A DNA stretch of 63,977 nucleotides, counting the filler, from Chiloscyllium plagiosum (taxonomy: Eukaryota), in NCBI RefSeq assembly GCF_004010195.1. It is 6 parts of one record of this genome, joined end to end, with 100 filler letters (N's around TTAATTAATTAA, not from the genome) between each part and the next. Parts side by side here need not be neighbours in the genome. Positions count along the whole stretch, not along the records: positions 23,145 to 30,098 come from NC_057711.1; positions 30,199 to 36,263 come from NC_057711.1; positions 36,364 to 41,843 come from NC_057711.1; 3 more parts are not named here. The stretch is one strand, 5' to 3'. The translations under genes were made by a program, and so were the position numbers. Positions 24,200 to 36,540 of this stretch are shown in pieces. The notes beneath the pieces were generated by a model. The model made no database searches. It was not told where the DNA came from and saw only the letters and a program-made list of their open reading frames with translations. The stretch's first letter is position 1. Each line of letters opens with the position of its first letter.

Positions 24200-25275
24200 T
24201 TAATGATGATCGACTTGACACTGACGTTTTTTACAAACCCACCGACTCGCACAGCTACCTGGATTACACCTCACCCTACCTCCTGCAAAAATGCCATCCC
24301 GTATTCCCAATATCTCTGCCTCTGCCGTATCTGCTCCCAGGAGGACCAGTTCCACCACAGAACACACCAGATGGCCACCTTCTTCAGAGACCACAATTTC
24401 CCTTCCCACGTGGTTAAAGATGCCCTCCAACGCATCTCGTCCACATCACGCTCCTCCACCCTCAAATCCCACCCGTCCAACCATAACAAGGACAGAACGC
24501 CTCTGGTGCTCATCTTCCACCCTACCAATCTTCGCATAATCCGACGAATTTCCACCACCTCCAAACGGACCCCACCACCAGGGATATATTTCCCTCCCCA
24601 CCCATTTCCGCTTTCTGCAAAGACCATTCCCTCCATGACTACCTGGTCAGGTCCATGCCCCCTAACAATTCACCCTCCCTTCCTGGTACCCTCCCCTGTC
24701 ACTGCAGGAATTACAACACCTGCACACACCTCCTCCCTCACCTCCATCCAAGGCCCCAAAAGAGCCTTCCACATCCATCAAGGTTTTACCTGCACATCTA
24801 CTAATATCATTTATTGTATCCGTTGCTCCCGATGTGGTCTCCTCTACATTGGGGAGACTGGACGCCTCCTAGCAAAGCCCTTTAGGGAACTCCTCCGGAG
24901 CACCTGCACCAATTAACCCCACTGCCCTGTGGCCCAACATTTCAACTCCCCCTCTCACTCTGCCAAGGACATGCAGGTCCTGGGCCTCCTCCACCGCCGG
25001 ACCCTCACCACCTGACGCTGGAGGAAGAACGCCTCATCGGAACACTTCAACCCTGTGGCATCAATGTGGATTTCACTAGTTTCCTCATTTCCCCTTCCCT
25101 CACCTCACCCCAACTCCAAACTTCCAGCTCCACCGCCCTCTCGTTTATCTCTCCACTCTGCAGACACCCTGCCTCTTTTCCTGATGAAGGGCTTTTGCCC
25201 GAAACATCGATTTTCCTGCTCCTCAGATGCTGCCTGACCTGCTGTGCTTTTCCAGTACCACTCTAATCTAGACTC
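24200..25275 (+). mobile_element. Penelope-like element (Neptune-type): RT thumb, GIY-YIG endonuclease, 3' terminal repeat
   Basis: HPTSCKNAIPYSQYL..RICS and FTCTSTNIIYCIRCSRCGLLYIGETGR; frameshifted. Confidence 0.92.
25177..25212 (+). ncRNA. Minimal hammerhead ribozyme motif (family A)
   Basis: CTGATGA-A-GGGC-TTTT-GCCC-GAAAC-ATC (other copies have GTC). Confidence 0.7.
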
Positions 25276-25424
25276 TTTATTACAAACCTGTCTTATTCAG
25301 AAGTCCAAAATATGGGAATTCAAAGCTATGACCTGTTGTCACAACAAAGTTCTTGTTGGTGTTAATGTTCTCTTGTCAAGAATAAGATAATGACAATATG
25401 TATAAAGGAGAATGAGAAATTGTA

Positions 25425-25566
25425 GATACATGAATAGGAAAGGTTTGGAGAGATATGGACCAGGAGCAGGCAGGTGGGACTAGTTTAGTTTGGGATTATG
25501 TTTGGCATGGACTTGTTGGACTGAAAGGTCAGTCTCTGTGCTATATGACTGTATGACTCTATGACT
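25425..25566 (+). mobile_element. CR1 3' tail fragment
   Basis: atgaataggaaaggtttggag...tatgactgtatgactctatgact. Confidence 0.8.
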
Positions 25567-26006
25567 GAACCAAAACCTTCTTTGTACTGGAGAAATTTGC
25601 TAATGCTGTATGCGGAAAGCTATCAGATTTGTGCATATGAATTTATCAGTTTAAAAAATGGAGATAGTGAGCACAGTTATTGCAAATAGTAGGACAGAAA
25701 GAGATAGAGAAGCAGTAGATCTTGACACCTGTGTGATTTAATTAGACTCAGTGAAAGTCATTCATATTTATTGTACCTTCACTGTTTACATGGAAATTCT
25801 GGATGAGTGGAAAGGAAATTTTGAGTACGCAGTCTTTTTTCTCAACAGAAATATCAGGCTCTAAGTTATGCAAGACTTGAACACTTGTATCAGTGTAGAA
25901 TTGATCAACAGCTTGAAACCAGCATAGTTCACAGTTTAGAGATCAGGGAAGGCTATTGTAAAGAAGAACATTAGAAGCCATTGTTATCAAATCACACTCA
26001 ACATAT

Positions 26007-26355
26007 GGAGCGGCACAGTGGCTCAGTGGTTAGCACTGCACCCTCACAGCGCCAGGCACCTGGGTTTGCTTCCAGTCTCGGATGACTGTGGAGTTCGCAC
26101 ATTGTCCCCGTGTCTGCTTGGGTTTCCTCTGTGTGCTCTGGTTTCCTTGCACAATCCAAAGATGTGCAGGTTAGATGAATTGGCCATGCCAAATTGCCCA
26201 TAGTGTTCAGGAATGTGTAGGTTAGGTGCATTGGTCCGGGGTAAATATAGGATAATAGGGGAGGGGGTTACTCTTCAGTGGGTTGGTGTGGATTTGTTGG
26301 GCCGAAGGGCCTGTTTCTATGAATCTATATCATGGGATGTAGGGATTCTATGAAT
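26007..26355 (+). mobile_element. HE1-like V-domain SINE
   Basis: tRNA-like head, V domain, gggccgaagggcctgtt tail. Confidence 0.88.
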
Positions 26356-26734
26356 CTATATCATGACTGACTATCAGGTTAGTTTCCTACTGTTGGAGGT
26401 GTTGGCCAATAGTTATCAGATGATTTTTCAGCGTTAGTTTTGTTTCAGCTATATGTGCATTCTTCTGAAGAATGATATAATGAAGGATATACACCCACAA
26501 AGTCAGAACTTGCTGAAAGGAAATTAGGGATGGACAAAAACACTGACCCTGTTAGCAACAAGCATATCCCATGATAAAAACAAAGCTTCAGGTTTCCGTT
26601 CCCAGATCTTAAGTATCCTAATATATATTTCCACTATTTTCTGTTTTCATTTAAGATTATCAGATTTTCGCTTATTTGTAAATTAAACAACTTTGTTACT
26701 GATATTTATCAGGGTCAATCCATACCTGGCCAAC

Positions 26735-26950
26735 GAGACCTTCCCTTTCATCAGGTCCTAAATGGGATGTTCATTGTTGATATTGCAATGTTCAGCACCA
26801 TTCGTGACTCATCAAATTCTGAAGCAATTCATGCTCAAATGCAGCAAGTCCTGGACAATACCTAGGTTTGGGCTGATAAGTGGCAAGTAACATTGAGGAC
26901 ACAAAAATATACACAATTATCATCCCGAACGAGAGAGAATCTAACTATTG
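26735..26950 (+). mobile_element. Decayed LINE RT fragment
   Basis: Translates to MQQVLDNT.VWADKWQVT, an RT C-terminal segment. Confidence 0.55.
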
Positions 26951-27359
26951 TACTACAATTTCCAAGAAGTCAATTATCTAGAATGGGTGTAAAGAGTGAG
27001 AGAGAGAGACATATAATCAACAGATATATATAGCAGATATGTACAAACACCACCACCTGTGAGGGAAAGAAATGCTTTACATAAGAGGTAACATCCTGTC
27101 GACCTGGGAAGACATAGGCCTTAACTGACTAGAACAATGTCTGTTGGATAGGTTTGAATGAACTTGAAACTCCACCAAATTACTTCCAAGAGATCTAATT
27201 TAAGGGCTGTCATTTTTTTATTGGTCACACTCAGCTGTGGTAATCTGACACACTTTCGCTTAGTGATTAGATCATCCAGCCATGTAACTTATCACAAGCC
27301 TGTAACTCTGATACTGCTTCCATAGAAAATATAAATATTATTTAAGCCAGTTGAAGCCA

Positions 27360-27645
27360 GGGTGGCACAGTGGTTAGGTTCAATTCCAGCCTCGAGTGAC
27401 CGTCTGTGTGAGTTTTCTCTGGGTGCTCTGGTTTCCTTCCACAATCCAAAATGTGTAGGTTAGGTGAATTGGCCATGCCAAATTGTCCATAGTGTTCAGG
27501 GATGTGTAGTTTAGTTTAGCTGCATTAGCCAGGGGTAAATGTAGGATAATATGGTGTGGGTGTGGTTCTGGGGTGGGTTGCTCTTCGGAGGGTTAGTGAG
27601 GACTTCTTGGGCTGAATGGCCTGTTTCCACACTGTGGGATTCTGA
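27360..27645 (+). mobile_element. HE1-like SINE with internal deletions
   Basis: Homologous to the other copies. Confidence 0.8.
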
Positions 27646-28059
27646 GTTTCACTTAGCATACTTAAAAGATAAATTAATAGAGACCACAGCTATGTCCTGT
27701 CATCTGTCTGAAGAATTACACGGTCTGTTTCAATGTATTGTATCAAGTCAGTGTTGAGTTGTTAGTCAAATGCATTTTTTTTAGTTACTCGCATAATATT
27801 TATGTATAGTTGTCAATGTAAACCATAAATTTAATTAGCTATTCTCAGGAAATGTTACAAGTGTTTGCTATTGAAAGTAATAGAACAGCAATCATTAATT
27901 TTAGAATGTGTTCTTTGTATGTGATCCATATATCTATAGTTCAACCTGTTTTCTTAATTATGAAATATCAGCTGTAATTCTTATTTTGCCAGTCTTTCTT
28001 CAGACTTGAGAAAGGCTGCAATAGTGAGTATAATGAATTCTTTCTTGATTATGTATTTT

Positions 28060-30937
28060 TGGAGATAAGTCTCTTGATTAAACTTAAAATATAAACCATA
28101 GCTATTAATTTAACCTGGGGCAGTGTTTGTAGAGGTGTTATTTTCTGGGTCTGTAGATTGTGAAGGAGCAAAAATGGCCTTTGCAGTGATATGTACTTCT
28201 TGTCAGATGTGGGAGTTTAAAGAGAGTTTAAGGGTTACTGCGGATTATATCTGCCATAAATGCTGTTGGAAGCGAATCTTATCAGATTGAGTGGATCGGT
28301 TGGAGAGACAGATAGAAGCGATGAGGGATTTTCAACAGTAACAGTATGTGATGGATGGCTGTTATAGGAAGGGGGAAGGCCTCAGATACAGTCACATAGA
28401 TGGGTTAACTCCAGGAAGGGTAAGAGAGATAGGCAGCTAGTGCAGGAGTCTTTTGTGGATATACCCATTTCAAACAGGTATGCTGTTTTGGAAAATGTAG
28501 GGGGTAATGGATTCTCAGGGGAATGTAGCACAACAGCCAAGTTTCTGGTTTTGAGACTGGCTCTAATACAATGAGGGTTCCAAGAGATCAATTGTGTTAG
28601 GGGATTCTGTAGTCAGAGGTACAGACAGAAGTTTCTGTGGCCAGCAGAGAAAAAGCAGAATGGTGTGTTGTTTACCAGGATCAAGGATGTCTCAGAGAGG
28701 GTGCAGAATGTTCTCACGGGGGAGACGGGCCAGCAAGAGGTCATTGTCCACATTGGAACCAACAACATTGGAAGGGAAAAGGTTGAGACTCTGAAGGGAG
28801 ATTACAGAGAGTTAGGNNNNNNNNNNNNNNNNNNNNNNNNNNNNNNNNNNNNNNNNNNNNNNNNNNNNNNNNNNNNNNNNNNNNNNNNNNNNNNNNNNNN
28901 NNNNNNNNNNNNNNNNNNNNNNNNNNNNNNNNNNNNNNNNNNNNNNNNNNNNNNNNNNNNNNNNNNNNNNNNNNNNNNNNNNNNNNNNNNNNNNNNNNNN
29001 NNNNNNNNNNNNNNNNNNNNNNNNNNNNNNNNNNNCCACATTGATGCCCTGGGGTTGAAGTGTTCCGAGGCGGAAGATGAGGCGTTCTTCCTCCGGGCAT
29101 CTGGTGGTGAGGGAGCAGCGGTGAAGGAGACCCAGGACCTCCATGTCCTCGGCAGAGTGGGAGGGGGAGTTGAAATGTTGGGCCACAGGGCGGTGTGGTT
29201 GATTGGTGCGGGTGCCCCAGCGATGTTCCCTAAAGCGTTCTGCTAGGAGGCATCCAGTCTCCCTAATGTAGAGGAGACTGCATCGGGAGCAACGGATACA
29301 ATACATGATATTGGTGGATGTGTAGGTAAAACTTTGATGGATGTGGAAGGCTCCTTTAGGGCCTTGGATGGAGGTGAGAGAGGAGATGTGGGCTACTCCC
29401 AGTGCTATGAGCTTGTGAGGGAAGGAATAGGAGGATAGAGCAGATGAATATATGGCTGAGGAGCTGGTGTATGGGAGAAGGATTCACATTTTTGGATCAT
29501 TGGAATCTCTTTTGGGTTAGAAGTGACCTGTACAAGAAGGATGGTTGGCAACTAAATTGGAAGGGGTCTAATATGCTAGCAGGAAGATTTGCTGGGGCTG
29601 CTTGGGAGGATTTAAACTAGTAAGGTGGGGGGGTGGGACCCAGGGAGATAGTGAGGAAAGAGATCGATCTGAGACAGGTACAGCTGAGAACAGACGTGAG
29701 TCAAACAGTCAAGGCAGGCAGGGACAAGGTAGGACTAATAAATTAAACTGCATTTATTTCAATGCAAGGGGCCTAACAGGGAAGGCAGATGAAGTCAGGG
29801 TATGGTTAGGAACATGGGACTGGGATATCATAGCAATCAGGGAAACATGGCTCAGGGATGGGCAGGGCTGGCAGCTTAATGTTCCAAGATACAAATGCTA
29901 CAGGAAGGATAGAAAGGGAGGCAAGAGAGGAGGGGGACTGGCATTTTTGATAAGGGATAGCATTACAGCTGTGCTGAGGGAGGATATTCCTGGAAATACA
30001 TGCAGGGAAGTTATTTGGGTGGAACTGAGAAATAAAAAAGGGATGATCACCTTATTGGGATTGTATTATAGACCCCCCAATAGTCAGAGGGAAATTGANN
30101 NNNNNNNNNNNNNNNNNNNNNNNNNNNNNNNNNNNNNNNNNNTTAATTAATTAANNNNNNNNNNNNNNNNNNNNNNNNNNNNNNNNNNNNNNNNNNNNAA
30201 GAGACCTTGGAATGCAGGTTCATAGCTCCTTGAAAGTGGAGTCGCAGGTAGATAGGATAGTGAAGAAGGCGTTTGGTATGCTTTCCTTTATTGGTCAGAG
30301 TATTGAGTACAGGAGTTGGGAGGTCATGTTGCGGCTGTACAGGACTTAGGCCACTNNNNNNNNNNNNNNNNNNNNNNNNNNNNNNNNNNNNNNNNNNNNN
30401 NNNNNNNNNNNNNNNNNNNNNNNNNNNNNNNNNNNNNNNNNTCCTATTGGAAGGATGTTGTGAAACTTGAAAGGGTTCAGAAAAGATTTACACGGATGTT
30501 GCCAGGGTTGGAGGATCTGAGCTACGGAGAGTGGCTGAACAGGTTGGGGCTGTTTTCCCTGGAGCTTATAGAGGTTTACAAAATTATGAAGGGCATGGAT
30601 AGGATAAATAGACAAAGTCTTTTCCCTGGGGTTGGGGAGTCCAGAACTAGAGGGCATAGGTTTAGGGTGAGAGGGGAAAGATATAAAACTGACCTAAGGG
30701 GCAACTTTTTCACACAGAGGGTGGTATGTGTATGGAATGAGCTGCCAGATGATGTGGTGGAGACTGGTACAATTGCAACATTTAAGAGACATTTGGATGG
30801 GTGTAAGAATAGGAAGAGTTGGAGGGATATGGGCCGGGTGCTGGCAGGTGGGACTAGATTGGGTTGGGATATGGTCGGCATGGACGGGTTGGACCGAAGG
30901 GTCTGTTTCCATGCTGTACATCTCTATGACTCTCATG
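28060..30937 (+). mobile_element. CR1 LINE with 5' region, ORF1 (zinc finger + SGNH esterase), ORF2 APE and, beyond a spacer, a 3' end
   Basis: ORF1 starts MAFAVICTSCQMWEF..DYICHKC; LGDSVVRG and VHIGTNN; APE start CIYFNARGL; CR1 tail at 30920-30937. Contains gaps. Confidence 0.88.
29036..29392 (-). mobile_element. Penelope-like GIY-YIG fragment inside CR1 ORF1
   Basis: YCIRCSRCSLLYIRETG.LLAERFREH...VAQHFNS...EEERLIFRLGTLQPQGINV. Confidence 0.9.
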
Positions 30938-31504
30938 GAGTGAAGCAATGATTTGCAGCAAATGCAAACAAGTGCATGAGCATGCAATGTTTTACATCCA
31001 GAGAACATTTTCTTTCTTGCTCTGAATTGGCAATTTTTCAAGTTTTTGTTACTTTGAAATTATTTTCAAGTTTGTACTAAAAGCAGAAAATCCCAGTTTT
31101 TCTATACTTTTTATAAAACTAGTGTTCCAAGTCCAAAAATGTTGGCTGCATTCCAATGCACCATTTCGTCTCACATCGTAGCCCAGGTTCATGCCTCATT
31201 CTTGAACTGAAAATAGATTACCAATAAGTCTGTGTACTTCCAAGAAGTTATGAAAAAAGATCAGCTGTGGGCACACCCTGCTGTTTCACTATTGTGTAGT
31301 ATCACAAGGTTATGCAGCAGTGTCTCCGGGATTGATTCAGATTTTTTCTTCTGTATAGGATTTCAATTAAAATCTCTTCCTAACAAAAGTTTCAAATTAA
31401 TGTTCAAGTATCAAACTTTTAGTATCTGTAGCTAATTTACCAATATCTTTCTGCTATTTTTGGTGATGTCTCTGTGTACATTTTCAATGTAACCCCAACA
31501 ATTT

Positions 31505-31806
31505 GGGTGGCATGGTGGCTCAGTGGCTAGCACTGCTGCCTCACAGCGCCAGAGACCCGGGTTCATTTCCCGCCTCAGGCAACTCTCTGTGTGGAGTTTG
31601 CACATCCTCCCAGTGCTCCGGTTTCCTCCCACAGTCCAAAAATGTGCAGGTTAGGTGAATTGGCCATGCTAAATTGCCTGTAGTGTTAGATGAAGGGGTA
31701 AATGTAGGGGAATGGGTCTGGGTGGGTTATGCTTCGGCGGGTCGGTGTAGACTTGTTGGACCGAAGGGTCTGTTTCCACACTGTAAGTAATCTAATCTAA
31801 TCTAAT
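31505..31806 (+). mobile_element. HE1-like V-domain SINE
   Basis: Head tggctcagtggctagc / ggttcatttccc; tail (taatc)n. Confidence 0.9.
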
Positions 31807-31929
31807 TTGGCTTTTACTGATTAAACTGGAGACAACAATAGCCTAACAGTATCTCATTCATCTTACTTTATTTATTATGGGTGTGATTTCTGCATTTTCC
31901 TTCAGTAGGGTGTAGAATGTAGAAGTGGA

Positions 31930-33218
31930 CCCTTTTCCCGCAGGGTCTCAAGGACACTACGTGCTGACCACTTCCTGATGGACTTGTGGTCAAAGGTGTT
32001 TTTCTTGATAAATTTCTCCACGAAGGACAGGTGATACGGAACGGTCCAACTACTCGGAGCGTTCCGCGGCAGCGAGGCCAGGCCCATCCTTCGCAACACC
32101 GGGGACAGGTAGAACCTCAGTACGTAGTGACACTTGGTGTTTGCGTACCGGGGATCCACACACAGCTTGATGCAGCCACACACAAAGGTGGCCATCAGAG
32201 TGAGGGTGGCATTGGGTGTGTTTTTTCCCCCATTGCACCGGTCTTTGTACATTACATCTCTTCGGACCCGGTCCATCTTTGATCTCCACACAAAGTGGAA
32301 GATGGCCCGGGTGACTGCGGCAGCACAGGTTCTGGGGATAGGCCAGACCTGTGCCACGTATAACAATACTGAGAGCACCTCACACCTGATGACCAGGTTT
32401 TTTCCCCGCGATGGAGAGCGACCGTAGCTTCCATCTGCCCAGTTTCTGCCTCACTTTGCTGATACGCTCCTCCCAAGACTTGGCGCACGCCCCAGCCCCT
32501 CCGAACCAAATACCCAGCACCTTCAGGTGGCCGGTCCTGACGGTGAAGGGGATCGAGGATTGGCCGGCCCAGTTCCTGAAGAGCATGGCTTCGCTCTTGC
32601 CTCGGTTTACCTTGGCCCCCGAGGCCCGTTCGAACTGGTCACAAATGCNNNNNNNNNNNNNNNNNNNNNNNNNNNNNNNNNNNNNNNNNNNNNNNNNNNN
32701 NNNNNNNNNNNNNNNNNNNNNNNNNNNNNNNNNNGAGAGAGAGACTCCAGATCTGACTGGGAAGCTGTCTGATTCCCACCCATTGATTGAGACTGCACTG
32801 ACAATATTGGTGTAGAGCAGTCTGATCCAATTGCAGATTCCATCTCCAAAGCCCATTTTGGAGAGAACATCTCTCATATACATATGTGATATCCTGTCAA
32901 AGGCTATCTCCTGGTCCAGGCTGATGGGGCAGGTGTCCACCTCCCTGTCCTGCGTGTAGGCGATCGTATCCCAGAATAGTGCGAGACTCTCAGCGATCTT
33001 CCTGCCCGGTACAGCACAGGTTTGGTCAGGGTGGATCACCGATCCTAGAGCAGACCTGACCCGGTTGGCAATGACCTTTGCCAAGATTTTGTATTCTGCA
33101 TTTAATGGTGAGGTTGGTCTCCAATTTCTGATTTCATTCCTCTCCCCCTTCTGCTTGTAGATGAGGGTGATGATGCCTTTTCTCATGGATTCACTCATGG
33201 TACCTGCCTGAAGCATAC
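31930..33218 (-). mobile_element. Tx1-type (L1 clade) LINE, RT region, truncated at both ends
   Basis: RKGIITLIYKQKG...NWRP..LN.EYKILAKVIANR; closely matches 43370-44720. Confidence 0.92.
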
Positions 33219-33781
33219 CTCATCAAGTCCCATTTGCCAGCACTTGGCCCACATCCCTCTAAACCGTTCCTATTCATATGCCATGCAGATGCCGTTTAAA
33301 TGCTTTTAAATTGTACAAGCCTCCACCACTACCTCTGGCAGCTCATTTCATACACACATCACCCTCTGTGTGATAAAGTTGTTCCTTAGGTCCCTTTTAT
33401 ATCTTTCCCCTCTCACCCTGAACCTATGCCCTCTAGTTCTGGACTCTCCCACTCCAGGGAAAACACCTTGTCTTATCCTATCCATGCCCTTCATGATTTT
33501 ATAAACATCTATAAGGTCACCCCTCAGCCTCCAACGCTCCAGGGAAAACAGCCCCAGCCTGTTCAGCCTCTCCATATAGCTCAAATCACCCAACCCTGGC
33601 AACATTCTTGCAAATCTTTTCTGAACCCTTTCAAGTTTCACAACATCTTTCTGATAGGAAGGAGACCAGAATTGCACACAATATTCCAAAAGTGGCCTGA
33701 TCAATGTCCTGTCAACTCCTGTACTCAATACTCTGACCAATAAAGAAAAACATACCAAATGCCTTCTTCACTATCCTATCT
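33219..33781 (-). mobile_element. CR1 LINE 3' part
   Basis: ORF 33348..33758 has RPLLEYCVQFWSP...ERVQKRF. Confidence 0.9.
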
Positions 33782-33782
33782 A

Positions 33783-36263
33783 ACTGAAACACGTCCCAGC
33801 AGCAGACGTCCTGACCTTCCTGAGAAGATACGTCCAGGTCGAGGGAGAGAGTACCGATGTGGTCGATCCTTTCAGGATCTGGACCAGCAAACGACAGGTC
33901 AGGGTAACACTGAAGGTCGATGCCAGTGGAAACATCCTCCACCCACCCTCCAGCTTTGCCATCGGAGGAAGCAGAGGTTACCTGACATATGCAGGGCAGC
34001 CAAAAGTGTGCCAAACCTGCGGGAGGTCAGGCCACATTGCGGCGGATTGTAAGGTGACCGTCTGCCAAAACTGCAAGCAGGAAGGCCACCCGATCAAAGA
34101 ATGTAAGGAGGCCAAGAACTGTAATCTGTGCGGAGAGGCGGGCCACATGTACAAGGCCTGCCTAAGACGAGGGGCTGCCACCTATGCACAGATGGCCGGA
34201 GGTGGCAACACGAGTCGTGGACCGCCTAAGACCAGCAAGATACCACAAAACAGCATGGGAACGGTGTCTGGAGGCACCCAGAAGGANNNNNNNNNNNNNN
34301 NNNNNNNNNNNNNNNNNNNNNNNNNNNNNNNNNNNNNNNNNNNNNNNNNNNNNNNNNNNNNNNNNNNNNNNNNNNNNNNNNNNNNNNNNNNNNNAAAGGA
34401 GGGCAGCACCGCCCAAACAGGAAAAGGCGATCCCTCTGAGTGGATGGGTAAAGGCCTCCCCCCACACGCGGTGAGAACCAAGAGGTACCCACTGGCCCAC
34501 AGCTCCAGTAACTGGGAGCAGCGGGCCTGTGACAGCCCCGCTGTCAGATGGAGAACTGGACTCTGTGGACTCTGGGCCCGACTCGAAGACACCAGAGCGG
34601 GGAAATGGCCCCAGCGTGGAGCCGGACAGCTACCTCAGCCCTGGGAGTGGCCAGCCGTTTGCCGTCACCACGGGGATGCACACAGCTACCCCAGAGAGGC
34701 AAGACCAGCAGCAAATGGACACTGGTAACCTTGTAAACTGTTAAAATGAGGATAAGAATTGCCAGCATCAATGTGCGTTGCATCAAATCGGCTACGCAAT
34801 GTGTATCTACGATGGCCTTCCTGGCCAACGTTAAAGCCGACGTCCTGTTTCTGCAGGAGTGTGGGATGCCGCACCTCAGCAGCTACAGGAGATGGTCGAG
34901 CTTGTGGGCCATCAGTGTGGTCGGGGGGGCAGCGATAGCTGCGCCTCCGGCCTGGGTATCCTGTTGCGAGGAGGCAACTTCACCATCTCCGAGGTTAAGG
35001 AGGTGGTGGGCAGGCGCCTCCTCGTCACCGACTTCATGTACAGGAATGCTCCCCTGAGACTGATTAATGTGTACTCCCCAATGGGTAAGAGTGAACAGTT
35101 GGCCGTCCTGCAGCAGCTTCCACTGTTGCTGGCTACGTCCAGGCAGGTCATTCTGGCTGGAGACTTCAACTGTATCATTGATGCAGATGGACGATCCGGC
35201 GGGGGGGACAGTAAACTGGACGCCACGTCCAGAGCCCTGATGGACACGGTAAAAGATGCCAAGCTGCACAACATCTTCAGCACCCTTGCAGATGGAGCGC
35301 AGCGTAGATACACCTGGTCACAGGCAGAGGGGTCTATCTGCTCAAGGATAGATTACCTGTTTGTGTCCCGAACGCTCTCAGTCAGATCCACCAATGTCGA
35401 GCCGGTGTTCTTCTCTGACCACTTCCTCCTACTGGCCGACTGTCGCCTACAGGACGAGCAGCGGGCTGGTAAGGGAAAGTGGAAGCTGAACACAAAGCTG
35501 TAAGGGAAATATTGAGGAGCTCAAGAGGGACTACGCAGGTTGGAGAACCGTGAAGCCCCTCTTTGAGTCCCCAGCGGACTGGTGGGAAACAGTAAAAGGG
35601 AGCATCAAGAGGTTCTTCATCCTCAAAGGTGTTCAGGAGGCGAGAGAGAGGCATGAAAACTGTCCCAGCTCCAGGAAAATATGCAGAACCTGCTCCTGCT
35701 GCAGACGATGAGGGTCGATGTCACGGAGGACCTCAAGGAGGTGAAGGGCCAGCATGGCTCGCTCTTTGCCTCGGAGGCCTCCAAGATAATCTTCCGGTTC
35801 AGGGTCCGCTCGGTGGAGCAGGACGAGACGTGCTCACGTTTCCTCTTCCAGAAGGTGCACAAAGAGAGCTCCGTGCTCAGCAGCCTGAAGGAAGAAGATG
35901 GCTTGATAATGTCATCTCATGCTGACGTCATGAGGATCAGCAAATCCTTCTATGCCAGTCTGTATGACGCGAAGCCGACCGACAGCGCGGCCTCCCAGTC
36001 ATTCCTGTCCTCTGTCACGCAGGTCTTAGACAACAGAACACGAGAGAGGCTGGACCAGCCGCTATCTCTGGACGAGCTGACCAAGGCACTCGAGTCCTTC
36101 GAAAAGAATAAAACTCCCAGAAGCGATGGCTTACCGGTTGAGCTCTATTCCGCTCTGTGGGACTTGATTGGCCAGGACCTGCTGGAGGTGTATGTCAGTA
36201 TGCTTCGGGCAGATACCATGAGCGAATCCATGAGGAAAGGCATCATCACCCTCATCTACAAGC
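33783..36263 (+). mobile_element. Tx1-type LINE: ORF1 with three CCHC zinc knuckles, and ORF2 APE/linker; frameshifted
   Basis: CQTCGRSGHIAADC, CQNCKQEGHPIKEC, CNLCGEAGHMYKAC; ORF2 starts MRIRIASINVR, then LFLQE, AGDFNC, SRIDY, FSDH. Confidence 0.93.
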
Positions 36264-36363
36264 NNNNNNNNNNNNNNNNNNNNNNNNNNNNNNNNNNNNN
36301 NNNNNNNTTAATTAATTAANNNNNNNNNNNNNNNNNNNNNNNNNNNNNNNNNNNNNNNNNNNN

Positions 36364-36540
36364 GGATATCCATGGTGAAGATGAGGTGTTGGGGGCCGGG
36401 GAAACGGAAGTCTTAGAGGAGGTGGAGGGTGTGGGTGGTGTCACGAACGTAAGTGGGGAGTTCCTGGACTAGGAGGGATAGGACAGTGTCGAGGTAGTTA
36501 GAGATGAGTTCAGTGGGGCAGGAGCATGCTGAGACAATGG
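36364..36540 (-). mobile_element. Penelope-like RT fragment
   Basis: Begins ggatatccatggtgaagat, the same RT segment as 39551-39570 (IFTMDIQSLY region). Confidence 0.7.

Noticed and set aside
33859..34728. Host zinc-knuckle gene (ZCCHC3-like) or retroviral Gag
   Set aside because: Directly followed by an APE-type ORF2, so it is Tx1 LINE ORF1
31930..36263. The minus and plus Tx1 pieces as one element split by an inversion
   Set aside because: Their ~65-nt overlap (MLxAxTMSESMRKGIITLIYK) differs at about four positions and the plus piece ends at an artificial spacer, so separate copies are more likely
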